Source: Vulcanimicrobiota bacterium
Lineage (GTDB): Bacteria > Vulcanimicrobiota > Vulcanimicrobiia > Vulcanimicrobiales > Vulcanimicrobiaceae
Direction: 5' to 3'
Assembly (NCBI GenBank): GCA_963695225.1
Contig: OY968762.1
Location: forward strand, 2,816,001-2,880,000
DNA length: 64,000 bases
Made by a program: the position numbers and the translations under genes
Part shown: positions 47,013 to 56,632 of the stretch, in pieces
Position numbering within the stretch: the first letter of the stretch is position 1
Layout of the letters: each line of letters begins with the position of its first letter
Notes under the pieces: generated by a model
The model's database searches: none
Told to the model about the DNA's origin: nothing
The model's input: only the letters and a program-made list of their open reading frames with translations

Positions 47013-48230
47013 AGCCGTGACCCATTCCCAGGTCTTGACTGCCGGAGTCGGCAGGCCGATGCGCTGATAGAGAGCGCTCAGTACGCTGTCGGTGTAGTTC
47101 TTCGGATCGTGGAACGCCATGAGCCGGCCGAGACCCTCGCCGGGGCGATAATCCGCGCTCTCTTCCATGGCTGTGCGAATTGTCGCCGCGAGTGAGCCGG
47201 GGTTGGCGACATCGCAGGACCAGCCTAGGCGGAAGCGCTCGATTACCATGCCGGAGTACCCGTAAGCTCCCGCGACCACCGGGCGAGAAGCGAATGCCGC
47301 CCGGAGAAGGCTTGCCGATAATGCTTGCCGCGGATAATAGAGTGGTGCCGCAACATCCAGCGCGCATAGTCCTAAGCTGAACTCCTCGTGCGCGATGTAG
47401 CGGTCGATCAAGATGATCCGGTCCTTACGCACAAGATCTGCGTAGTCGCGCTCGATCAGCTCGCGGTACGGGTGCCACAAGGCCCCAGCCAACAAGAGAC
47501 GATCCGTGTCAGGGAGGTTCGCCGCACGGAACGCCTGAAGCAATTCCGGAAGAGCCTTACGCCGATCTATCGCGCCGATGTAGCCGATATAGCGTCCGGT
47601 GACGGGGATTCCGAGCGCTGTCCGCGCGGCACCTTTATCGGAATGAACGACCTGCTCCACAGGATCGGGCAAGATCTCGAGACGCTTGCGAGAGCGATAC
47701 GCTCGCTGCTTCCACTCTTCGTAGAGAAGCGGATTGACGATGCGGACTTCCGACCAGGGAGCAAGTTCTCGTGAAACACGAAAGACCTCGTCTTTGACGT
47801 GATCCTTTAGCGTCGTTACCGGGGCGGCGTCGCCGCGATGAATGATGGCGACGGAGTAAACGTTCTTTGGCAACGACCTGCGTCGAAAGGCTGAAAGAAT
47901 TGCGAGGCCGACGGTCTCGTGATCGGCCGACGTCAGGATCAAATAGTCGGGCCTGATTCGGGCTACGGAATCGAGTACCGCTAGCGCTTCGTTCTGCGCC
48001 GAGCGTAGAGGGTGCTTCGAAGGCTCCAGCGAGGCATCGAACTCTACCGTGGAAGCATAGCGCGCGAGTTGATCGTGAAAGGCCGGAGACTTCCAGTGGG
48101 AGCGCGAGGTGGTTACTACGACCTTTTGGAGCAACTCCGCCCGCACTAAAGGGACCAAAGCGCGGAGCAAAGTCCCCACATAATTGGTGAAATGCCCGTC
48201 AGTGCCGGGCTCGAAAATTTGGACGATCAT
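46974..48230 (-). CDS. GT-B glycosyltransferase
   Basis: GH...Y N-terminus, G.I..RK and A...RPVV motifs. Confidence 0.75.
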   Translation of the reverse strand: MIVQIFEPGTDGHFTNYVGTLLRALVPLVRAELLQKVVVTTSRSHWKSPAFHDQLARYASTVEFDASLEPSKHPLRSAQNEALAVLDSVARIRPDYLILTSADHETVGLAILSAFRRRSLPKNVYSVAIIHRGDAAPVTTLKDHVKDEVFRVSRELAPWSEVRIVNPLLYEEWKQRAYRSRKRLEILPDPVEQVVHSDKGAARTALGIPVTGRYIGYIGAIDRRKALPELLQAFRAANLPDTDRLLLAGALWHPYRELIERDYADLVRKDRIILIDRYIAHEEFSLGLCALDVAAPLYYPRQALSASLLRAAFASRPVVAGAYGYSGMVIERFRLGWSCDVANPGSLAATIRTAMEESADYRPGEGLGRLMAFHDPKNYTDSVLSALYQRIGLPTPAVKTWEWVTASGDADRAASLGG

Positions 48231-48544
48231 GTGCTCCCCGTGAAGTCACTTACGGCGCGTCGCGCGCGGAGTCCCTCGAGCCCTGCCTCGCAACCAAGAG
48301 CGCGAGCACGGCCTTGCGTGCGGCCTCGCCAGCGATCACGGCGAGCGTGCACGATGAACGCGCCGTCGCTTCGGCTCCGCGCCGCAATCGCAGCAGGGAC
48401 CGCGCCTGGGATGCGATGAATCCTGCTTCAGGCTGGTCCGGCGCGGGTCTCCGTGTCTCTACGCATCGCTCGCGTTCCGCAGTATAATCGGGGAGCTCGA
48501 CCGAGCTGCTAACAGCGTACGACGGAAAGGTGGCCGCCGCAAAC

Positions 48545-49315
48545 ATGGAGCGGGTACGGAGTATCGCAAAGGGTGCCCTCTGGGTTGCCTATCGCGCTCT
48601 GCTGAAGCCCCTCCTGCGCCCGATCTTTCGTGATCTTTCGTTGACGGAACCGATCATTTTCGGGGATCGCTCGAGGGTGGTCATAGCGCCGACGGCGAGA
48701 GTGTGCAATGCCTTGTTGAACACGCATTCGGGGACCATCACTATCGGAGAATATGTGTTCTTTGGCACGGGGGTTGCATTGCTGGCCGGTTCGCATGACT
48801 ATGAGAAGCTACTTAAGGAGCGAACCGAGTCTCAGCCTTGCGGGCGCGACATTGTGATCTGCGATGGGGCGTGGATTGCGACGAATGCAATTGTGATCGG
48901 GCCGCGTATTGTTGGCGAGCATGCGGTTGTCGCGGCCGGTGCTGTCGTTGTGGATGATGTGCCTCCGTACAGCATCGTAGCAGGGGTTCCGGCTAGGGTG
49001 ATTGGCTCGGTGCGTGCTAGACCTAATCTGGAGGGTGGGCCGCAGCCGCAGATGACGCGACTAGAACAACACGAGCAGCTAAAGGCTCGTAGCCCTAGCG
49101 ATCTTAGCTCTGCGGATGATGCCGGAAACGGTGAGAAGCAAGAGGGCGGCAAGCATGCAGAATTGGTACCATCGAACATCGACGACCGACTGCAGGAAGA
49201 AGCCGAGCGCAGGCAGGCAGAGGAGCAGCCGTTTCATCAGCATGTCGTCTCCGAGGGCGAACGGCAAACACCAGACCCCGTAATACGCGGAGCGCTGGGC
49301 GGCGAGCGAGGATAG
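48545..49315 (+). CDS. Hexapeptide-repeat (LbH) O-acyltransferase with a long, atypical tail
   Basis: ITIGEYVFFG, VVAAGAVV.DDVPP and VAGVPARVI motifs. Confidence 0.85.
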   Translation: MERVRSIAKGALWVAYRALLKPLLRPIFRDLSLTEPIIFGDRSRVVIAPTARVCNALLNTHSGTITIGEYVFFGTGVALLAGSHDYEKLLKERTESQPCGRDIVICDGAWIATNAIVIGPRIVGEHAVVAAGAVVVDDVPPYSIVAGVPARVIGSVRARPNLEGGPQPQMTRLEQHEQLKARSPSDLSSADDAGNGEKQEGGKHAELVPSNIDDRLQEEAERRQAEEQPFHQHVVSEGERQTPDPVIRGALGGERG

Positions 49316-50464
49316 TGCGAGGGCGGACGATCGCAGCGTGCGTCGCCCGAGCAGCGAGGTGCAGATGGCTGCGAGCGCGATTGCGATCGCAGCGATGTGC
49401 GGGGGCGTAAAGCGGAGCCAGGGAGCGGTGGCGCCCTCCGATGCCTCGGAGAAGAGCGCCTGCGCGTATATCCCCGCGCCAAAACTGCATACGATCGCGA
49501 TGCCGCAGAGGGTTGTCAATGCGGCGAGGGCGACGCGCCGCGCGGGCGCGGTTGGAATCACGAAAGCGAGCGTCCCGATCACCACGAATGGAACCTTCAT
49601 GGCACCGGCGGCTACAGCGGCGGGGACCGCGAGGTACGGAGTGCGCCTCGCGATTGCGAAGGCGACTGCAGTGAGAATCACCGGGAATAGATCGTTATGA
49701 CCGTTTGTCACGAACTCTAGGTAAAGGAATGGGTTGAGGAGGACGAGCGCGCAAGTCGCGGGTTTGAGTCCGCAGCTCCGGAGCAGGATGGCAAGCGTTG
49801 CGATGGCTGCTATGCCTGCCGCCTGGAGCAGATGGATCTTCCCCACCAGCGTTTCGGCCCAGTGAAGGTACCACGTGTTGTACGCGAGCCATAGCGGACC
49901 GTAAGCTGCAGGAGGCATCGGCGTGCCCCACAAAGCGTTAATCGCGGAGAAATCACCGGCGAACGGAGCGTTGGGCGGCGAATATGCCCGCCATCCTAAC
50001 AAGTCGTAGCCGACGTACGAGTACATGTCGCCGTCGGTAAGAGCGGGCGCATTGAGTGCGACCGTCGCCAGCAACACGCAGGCGATACCGACAAGTAACC
50101 CGTCGATGCGGCTCAAACGTCCCTCACCGAGCTGGTGCGCTACGGCGATGAGCGCCACAGTCTCGATCAAGGCTACGACAAACAGCGCCGGAGTGAACCA
50201 CGCTCGGCTCGCAATGAGTGTCGCCGATGAAAAATCAATGACTGGAAACGGCAGCGCAACTCTGCCGGCAAGATGTTGCGCCCTTTCAATCTCGCCGAGA
50301 ATGCCGAGGTGTAGCGCGAATGCAAGCGGGAGCGAGAAGAGCGCGAATACGAAGAACGCCCTGCGTCGCTCAGGAGAGCATACGGCGAAGGGCGCCGTTG
50401 TCCAAGGCGGCAGGAGATGGAAGTATTCGGCGATGCAGAGGGCGGCGACGAAAGCGTAGAACAC
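49079..50464 (-). CDS. GT-C membrane glycosyltransferase (MptA/MptB-like)
   Basis: DMYSY, YGPLW, NP...E...GHND and A..K motifs; many TM segments. Confidence 0.7.
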   Translation of the reverse strand: MFYAFVAALCIAEYFHLLPPWTTAPFAVCSPERRRAFFVFALFSLPLAFALHLGILGEIERAQHLAGRVALPFPVIDFSSATLIASRAWFTPALFVVALIETVALIAVAHQLGEGRLSRIDGLLVGIACVLLATVALNAPALTDGDMYSYVGYDLLGWRAYSPPNAPFAGDFSAINALWGTPMPPAAYGPLWLAYNTWYLHWAETLVGKIHLLQAAGIAAIATLAILLRSCGLKPATCALVLLNPFLYLEFVTNGHNDLFPVILTAVAFAIARRTPYLAVPAAVAAGAMKVPFVVIGTLAFVIPTAPARRVALAALTTLCGIAIVCSFGAGIYAQALFSEASEGATAPWLRFTPPHIAAIAIALAAICTSLLGRRTLRSSALALSSLAAQRSAYYGVWCLPFALGDDMLMKRLLLCLPALGFFLQSVVDVRWYQFCMLAALLLLTVSGIIRRAKIARATSL

Positions 50465-50732
50465 AGGAAGGCGTTGACCTTGGCAGTGGCGATGCCGCCG
50501 TGGACCGCTAGCGACATCGCGCAGGCACTGGGACGGAGCGGTTCTTTGGTGCAGAGATCAGCGAGCGTTGTCGCGGTCCTTCCGCGGGAAGCTATAGCGA
50601 GCCTCCCCTCGGCCGAGCGGAGGCCTCACGAGATCTGATTCGCGGCGGCTGCGGAAATGTGCGCTATCGCACGTTCTATCACGCGCTATTCTTGGGAACG
50701 ACTCAGGGGCGGGGGGACGCCGGGGGACCGAA

Positions 50733-52184
50733 ATGTCGATAGGCAAAGGCATCATAGAGCGTCTCCTCAGCGCTGGCTTGAGGGCCACTTGCCGCCCCGC
50801 ATGCGCTCCGAGAACCGTTTGGGGCGCGTGCAGGCTTGGGGCCTTGGCAGCATCTCTTAGTGCCGCTCTCGTCTCGTGTGGTGGCGGAAGCGGAGCGGTG
50901 ACGAATCTGCCCCAAAGCGTGACGCCGGTGCCCACAAGCGTACCCCCTAGTCCTGCAAGCGCGACACCGGGCCCCGTGGCCTCAGGACAGCGCGCGCAAG
51001 GAGCCGACGCGTTCGTTTCGTCCATCGGCGTCGTTACGCATATCGCCTATCCTGGTGGGATCTATGATAGCGCCGTCGCCGTCGCCCTCTTACAGGGCTC
51101 GGGCATCCGCTACTATCGCGACGCGCCCGCACCCGGCCCGGGTAATTCGAGCGGCAATTATCAGGCGCCGTGGACGACATACAATAGCCTCGCGAGTTCC
51201 GGAATCCATGCAGATTTCGTCTGGGATAGTTCAAACTTCTCGGGCGACCCGAGTACGTGGAATCCAACGCCGGACGCGCTGGCGAACGGGGTCAGCGGGA
51301 TCGCATCGTTCGAGGGCCCTAACGAGAAGAATGCGGCCTGTACCGGGAACAGCTCGTGGGTAGGTCCGGAGCGCGCCTTCATGCAGGCGCTATGGACGTA
51401 TTCACAAGCCCACGCATCGACGCTTCCGATCCCGATCCTGGCTCCCGCGCTGGGAAACTGCAACGGCATTTCGCGCCTTTACAGCGACTCGGTAGCGCTT
51501 GGGAGTCTCGCGAACGTAGCTAATGTTGGGAACATGCACGCATATCCCGGCTTCACGGTTGTGCCGGAAGTCGGCGGGCTCGTCGATGCGCAGGGCGGCG
51601 CGCCATCGTATGTCGACGCAGCGCGCCAGGTCATTCCAAGCGGCCCCCTGCAGATCAGCGAAACGGGCTACGGGACGGATCAAGTTTCGAACGCGACGCA
51701 GGCCAAATATGATCTTCGCCTGCTCTTGAATGCATGGAACCAGGGCATCGCGCGGACGTATCTCTTTGCGCTCATCGACGATTCGATCGACGGTGCCTCC
51801 TTCGAACACTTCGGGCTCGTCGACGGAACGTACGCGCCGAAGCCGGCATACAACGCGGTCAAGAACCTGATTGCAGTGTTGGCAGATCCAGGAGCGGCCT
51901 TCGCACCGGGAAGCCTCGCATACTCGCTGAGCGGGAACACGGCGAACGTTCAAGCGACGCTGCTTCAGAAGCAGAACGGCTTGTTCTACTTGATCTTATG
52001 GATCGCGGAGGCGGCGGGCGGTCCGTCGCAATCGGTCCAGCTCAACCTCGCTAATGCGGCGACTCTCAGCGCGCAAAGTTTCGATGCGAACGGCAAACTG
52101 ACGGCGGTCAGCCTGTCGAAAAGCGGGGGGGCATATAGCCTTAGCGTAACCGACACACCGACGATCATTACAATCCAGAGCTAA
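50733..52184 (+). CDS. Clan GH-A glycoside hydrolase lipoprotein, paralog 1; start probably further downstream
   Basis: Lipobox LVSC; FEGPNE, H.YP and SETGY motifs. Confidence 0.75.
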   Translation: MSIGKGIIERLLSAGLRATCRPACAPRTVWGACRLGALAASLSAALVSCGGGSGAVTNLPQSVTPVPTSVPPSPASATPGPVASGQRAQGADAFVSSIGVVTHIAYPGGIYDSAVAVALLQGSGIRYYRDAPAPGPGNSSGNYQAPWTTYNSLASSGIHADFVWDSSNFSGDPSTWNPTPDALANGVSGIASFEGPNEKNAACTGNSSWVGPERAFMQALWTYSQAHASTLPIPILAPALGNCNGISRLYSDSVALGSLANVANVGNMHAYPGFTVVPEVGGLVDAQGGAPSYVDAARQVIPSGPLQISETGYGTDQVSNATQAKYDLRLLLNAWNQGIARTYLFALIDDSIDGASFEHFGLVDGTYAPKPAYNAVKNLIAVLADPGAAFAPGSLAYSLSGNTANVQATLLQKQNGLFYLILWIAEAAGGPSQSVQLNLANAATLSAQSFDANGKLTAVSLSKSGGAYSLSVTDTPTIITIQS

Positions 52185-52244
52185 CACCGGCGCGCTGAGC
52201 CGCGACGGCGGGAATTGCGCTTGCCGATCGAATAGTCTCCGCAT

Positions 52245-53609
52245 ATGGTGAGCCGCGTCCTTGCATGGTTCTGCGTGGTGCTCATAGGCTGTGGCTGCGC
52301 AGCCGGTCCGGTGGGATCGGGGACTGCTCGAGGCGGCCCGAGGAACTCGCTCACAGTGGCGGCAGAAGCGGGACCTGCGATTCGTGAATGGCGAGCGCAG
52401 CGAGCCGACGCGTTCGTATCGTCCATCGGCGTAGTCGCTCATTACAATTGGCCGGGCGACATCTACGACAACGCCCGCGCGGTCGATCTGTTGCGAAATT
52501 TGGGCGTTCGCTATTATCGCGTCGGGGCAGCTGCCGGCCCAGGCAACCCATATGGGAACTTTCAAGCTCCTTGGCTGACGTACAACTATCTAGCTAGGCA
52601 CGGCGTCCATGCCGATCTCGTGTGGGATGATTCGGACTTTTCGGGCGACCCAAGTAGCTGGAATCCGACGCCCGACGCCATCGCTAGCGGCGTCAGCGGC
52701 ATCGCATCATTCGAGGGCCCCAACGAGAAGAATGTGTCCTGCACGGGGGATCGCGCCTGGGCACGCCGGCAGCGCGCCTTCATGCATTCGCTCCGGACGT
52801 ACTCACGAGCGCACCGATCGACACGGTCGATCCCGATCTTAGCGCCCTCGCTCGGCAACTGCGCCGGCATCCGGCGCCTTTACGCCGATTCCGTGGAGCT
52901 CGGCGATCTATCCGGGTCAGCCGACGTCGGAAACATGCACGCCTACGCCGGTTGGACTGTTATTCCGGAAAATGGGGCTCTCGCTGAGGCGCGGGCGGGG
53001 GGGCTCTCCTATGTTGCCGCAGAGCGTCAAATCATCCCAAGCGGCCCGCTTCAGATCACCGAGGCGGGCTACGGAAGCGATAGGGTTTCGAATGCAACCC
53101 AAGCAAAGTACGAGCTCCGTCTGCTCCTGAATGCCTGGAATCATGGGATATCGAGGACGTATATCTTCGCGCTCATCGACGATCCGACCGACGGTCCCCC
53201 TTTTGCGCACTTCGGAATCGTGGACGGAACGTATACGCCGAAGCCGGCGTACTTTGCGATCAAGAACATGATCGCAGTGTTAGCAGATCCGAGCGCGCCC
53301 TTCGAACCGCGGGTTTTGGCGTACTCGTTGAGCGGGGACACGGCAAACGTTCAGACCACGTTGCTTCAAAAGCATGACGGCACGTTCAACCTGTGCGCTT
53401 GGGTGGCGGAAGCCGCCGGCGGTCCAGCGCAATCCGTCCTGCTCAAACTCACAAGACCGGCGGCGATTCGGGCGCAGAGTTTCGATGCGAACGGCGAGCT
53501 GACTGCCGTCAGCGTGTCGAAAAGTGCGGACGGATATAGTTTTAGCGTAACTGATACGCCTACTATTCTCTCCATTCGTATCGAGCAGGAAAGAGCCGGC
53601 TCATCATGA
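52245..53609 (+). CDS. Clan GH-A glycoside hydrolase, secreted/lipoprotein, paralog 2
   Basis: Cys-containing signal; FEGPNE and TEAGY motifs. Confidence 0.75.
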   Translation: MVSRVLAWFCVVLIGCGCAAGPVGSGTARGGPRNSLTVAAEAGPAIREWRAQRADAFVSSIGVVAHYNWPGDIYDNARAVDLLRNLGVRYYRVGAAAGPGNPYGNFQAPWLTYNYLARHGVHADLVWDDSDFSGDPSSWNPTPDAIASGVSGIASFEGPNEKNVSCTGDRAWARRQRAFMHSLRTYSRAHRSTRSIPILAPSLGNCAGIRRLYADSVELGDLSGSADVGNMHAYAGWTVIPENGALAEARAGGLSYVAAERQIIPSGPLQITEAGYGSDRVSNATQAKYELRLLLNAWNHGISRTYIFALIDDPTDGPPFAHFGIVDGTYTPKPAYFAIKNMIAVLADPSAPFEPRVLAYSLSGDTANVQTTLLQKHDGTFNLCAWVAEAAGGPAQSVLLKLTRPAAIRAQSFDANGELTAVSVSKSADGYSFSVTDTPTILSIRIEQERAGSS

Positions 53610-53885
53610 GCGCCGTGCACCGGGGCAAGAGACTCTCGTAGCTGCGACGCCTGCGGAGCCTTTGGGCGAAGGCTATGCTTGCGCAGCTGCGCTTGTTGAG
53701 GCTTACTAGGTCCGCCGTCTCCGTTAGAATTGAGGCGGATCACAGTGCGCCGCGTCAGCCGTGGTTGTAGCTAAGTCCGACCGGCATTGCGCCGATAGTT
53801 CAGGTGCATGGCGGAATGCATCCAGTGCTTCCGCATTATCTCGAGTCTCGTAGATAGGCTCGCATGCGTGAGATGAGGTTCGCTC

Positions 53886-55307
53886 GTGCTGACGAACGCA
53901 GGCAGAGTCTTATTCGTCGTGCTTTTTGGAATGCTCGCGGGGTGTGGTACCGGAGCGGGATCGCTGACACCTACCGCACCTACCGCAACGATCGGGCAAT
54001 CCGGCACGACCTACTCGGATGGTGCAAACATGCAATGGCGATATCGCCGTCCGTCGCCTGTGCCTACTGCCACGGCAACGCCTGCGCCAGTAGCAAGCAC
54101 GGTCCCCAGCGTGGCCGCAAAGAGTGCTAACGCGTTTGTATCGTCCATCGGAGTCGTTACTCATTATAATTGGGCCGGCGACGTCTACGACAATGCGACC
54201 GCCGTCGCGCTCCTGAAGAACTCAGGAATCCGCTACTATCGCGTCGGCGCGGCTGCCGGACCGGGCAATCCGTACGGCAACTTCCAGGCGCCATGGACGA
54301 CGTTCAACTACCTCGCAAGCAACGGCATCTACGGAGATTACGTTTGGGATCTCGCGAACTTTGGAGGCGACCCTTCGACTTGGAACCCGACGCCCAACGC
54401 CTTCGCGAGCGGCGTGAGCGGCATCGCCTCTTACGAGGGAAGCAACGAGCCGAACTATTCCTGCACGGGGAACAACTCGTGGGTAAGTCAGCAACGGACT
54501 TTCATGCAGACCTTCTGGACGTACGACCAAGGCTACTCGTCAACTATTGGAATCCCGATGATCGCTCCATCGCTCGCGAATTGCACCGGTCTTGCGAACC
54601 TCCAAAGCGACGTGACGGCTCTCGGTGCGCTCTCGTATGCGAACGTCGGGAACATGCACTCCTATCCTGGCTGGACGACAATCCCCGAGCAGGGCGCGCT
54701 CGTGAATTCGCAGGGCGGTACTCCGTCATACACTAGCATCGCGCGAGTGACAACGCCGAGCGCTCCGCTACAGACGACCGAGACGGGCTATGGCGCGGAC
54801 AAGCTCGGCTCAACGGCGACGCAGGCGGAATATGATCTTCGCCTGCTCCTGAACGGCTGGAATCAAGGCGTCCAACGCACTTATCTCTTTGCCCTCATCG
54901 ACGACGCAACGGACGGGACAGACTTCGCGCACTTCGGTCTCGTTGACGGCAGCTACAACCCGCGCCCAGCCTACTATGCGGTGCAAAACCTCATCTCGAC
55001 CCTGGCTGACCCGGGCTCAAGTTACGGCGGGGGGCAGCTCGCGTACGCCCTTACGGACAACACCGCGAACGTCCAGCAGACGCTGCTGCAGAAGCGCGAC
55101 GGCACGTTCTATCTCGTACTGTGGGTCGCGGCCGTGGCGGGGGTAGGGTCGCAGAGTGTGACGCTCGTTTTCCCCGTCTCGCACACCGTGAGCGCGCAGA
55201 CGTTCGCTTCGACCGGAAAGCTGACGAGTACGAGCGTGACGCCGAACGGCAAGAACTATACGCTTAGCGTCAACGATATGCCGACGATCGTCTCGATCCA
55301 GGGCTAG
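53886..55307 (+). CDS. Clan GH-A glycoside hydrolase lipoprotein, paralog 3
   Basis: Lipobox LAGC; EGSNEP and TETGY motifs. Confidence 0.75.
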   Translation: MLTNAGRVLFVVLFGMLAGCGTGAGSLTPTAPTATIGQSGTTYSDGANMQWRYRRPSPVPTATATPAPVASTVPSVAAKSANAFVSSIGVVTHYNWAGDVYDNATAVALLKNSGIRYYRVGAAAGPGNPYGNFQAPWTTFNYLASNGIYGDYVWDLANFGGDPSTWNPTPNAFASGVSGIASYEGSNEPNYSCTGNNSWVSQQRTFMQTFWTYDQGYSSTIGIPMIAPSLANCTGLANLQSDVTALGALSYANVGNMHSYPGWTTIPEQGALVNSQGGTPSYTSIARVTTPSAPLQTTETGYGADKLGSTATQAEYDLRLLLNGWNQGVQRTYLFALIDDATDGTDFAHFGLVDGSYNPRPAYYAVQNLISTLADPGSSYGGGQLAYALTDNTANVQQTLLQKRDGTFYLVLWVAAVAGVGSQSVTLVFPVSHTVSAQTFASTGKLTSTSVTPNGKNYTLSVNDMPTIVSIQG

Positions 55308-55321
55308 AGTGGGATTGCGGC

Positions 55322-56632
55322 CTATCCCGATCCGCGTGCGTCGCGTAGCACCGCTTCGTATACGCGCCCTAATTCGGAAAGATGTGCAGCCATGTCAGGC
55401 GGGGCTTCCCAGTACCGCTCGTACGCCTCACGACCTAGGGCCGCCGCTAAGCGGAAATCGCTGAGGCGCATAAGCGATTGCCTCAGGCTCTCGGCGTCGC
55501 CGCCTCGGAACAGTATTCCGGTAAGGCCGTCCATTATTCGCTCCCTCGCAGCGCATGTATCCGCGGCGATAGCCGGAACGCCCAGGGCCGCGGCTTCGGA
55601 GACCACGAGACCTGCGGTTTCGTGCCAAAGCGATGGGAAGACGAGCGCTCGCGCCGCAAGTAGCCGCTCGACTACGGCCTCGCGCGGAAGCCAGCCTGTG
55701 ATCTCAGCCTTCGGATGACAACGCCGTATTTCGTTGCTGCATTCTCCGTCGCCGACGAATACGGTGGGGAGGTCGAGATCGGCTGCAACGCGCGCGAAAA
55801 GCGACGCGCCTTTCTCCGGGGAGAGACGCCCAATGTAGGTAAACGCGGAATTCGCGGCGACCGGAGCCGGCTCGCGGCGCTCGATCGAAATTGGGTTCGG
55901 CACACGGTGGAGCCGTGCGCTCGCAGGGAGCAGTGGGGCGAGGATCGACTCGCTCAGGTCTGAGATCGTGATAAAGTGACGAATGCCGGTAGGAACTTGG
56001 CCGGCGGCGCGTTGTACCGTGTGCCGTGCGAGGCGCCATATCTTATCGCGATGCCGCCGAGGGTCGCAATTCTCAGAAAGGCAGCTCGTGCCGAGGGGAA
56101 CGAGGCCGCAGATTTGGCCCTTGCGATGGTTGTAGAAGCTTCCCAATGGGCAAGCGACGAAGTATTCGTGCAGCGTCACTACAATTGGGAATGCTCGGCG
56201 AAGGGCGACGTTGACCACGCTTGACGAGAGCGCCTTCGTCCAACCGTGAAAATGCACGATCGTCCGCCAGGGATCGCGTGAATCGAGGACGCGGCTGAAG
56301 GCCCTTGCCGCCGCAGCATTCCAGATGCCCTGAGTGGCGGCGCGAATACGCGATGGGTCGCTCAATATATCGCGCTGTGCCGTGCATATTACGCTCAGAT
56401 TCGGCCTCGTTGTCAAGGCCGGCATGATGGGTTCCATGGCGGCGAAGACTGTGACGGAATGCCCGGCGTCGGCTAGAGCGATCGCGCTGGAGAGGGCAAC
56501 TTCGGAGCTTCCGCCGTTGATATGGGCGGCGTCATTAACGATGATAACGTCCGGGACCGTGGACTGCACGGCAGACATACGAGCGTCGGCAGGCCCTGCC
56601 GCGATGCGCTCCGCGGACTTCGCGGTACTCAA
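55322..56632 (-). CDS. GT4 glycosyltransferase
   Basis: GRLSPEKG and PSLWHETAGLVVSEA motifs. Confidence 0.9.
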   Translation of the reverse strand: MSTAKSAERIAAGPADARMSAVQSTVPDVIIVNDAAHINGGSSEVALSSAIALADAGHSVTVFAAMEPIMPALTTRPNLSVICTAQRDILSDPSRIRAATQGIWNAAAARAFSRVLDSRDPWRTIVHFHGWTKALSSSVVNVALRRAFPIVVTLHEYFVACPLGSFYNHRKGQICGLVPLGTSCLSENCDPRRHRDKIWRLARHTVQRAAGQVPTGIRHFITISDLSESILAPLLPASARLHRVPNPISIERREPAPVAANSAFTYIGRLSPEKGASLFARVAADLDLPTVFVGDGECSNEIRRCHPKAEITGWLPREAVVERLLAARALVFPSLWHETAGLVVSEAAALGVPAIAADTCAARERIMDGLTGILFRGGDAESLRQSLMRLSDFRLAAALGREAYERYWEAPPDMAAHLSELGRVYEAVLRDARGSG

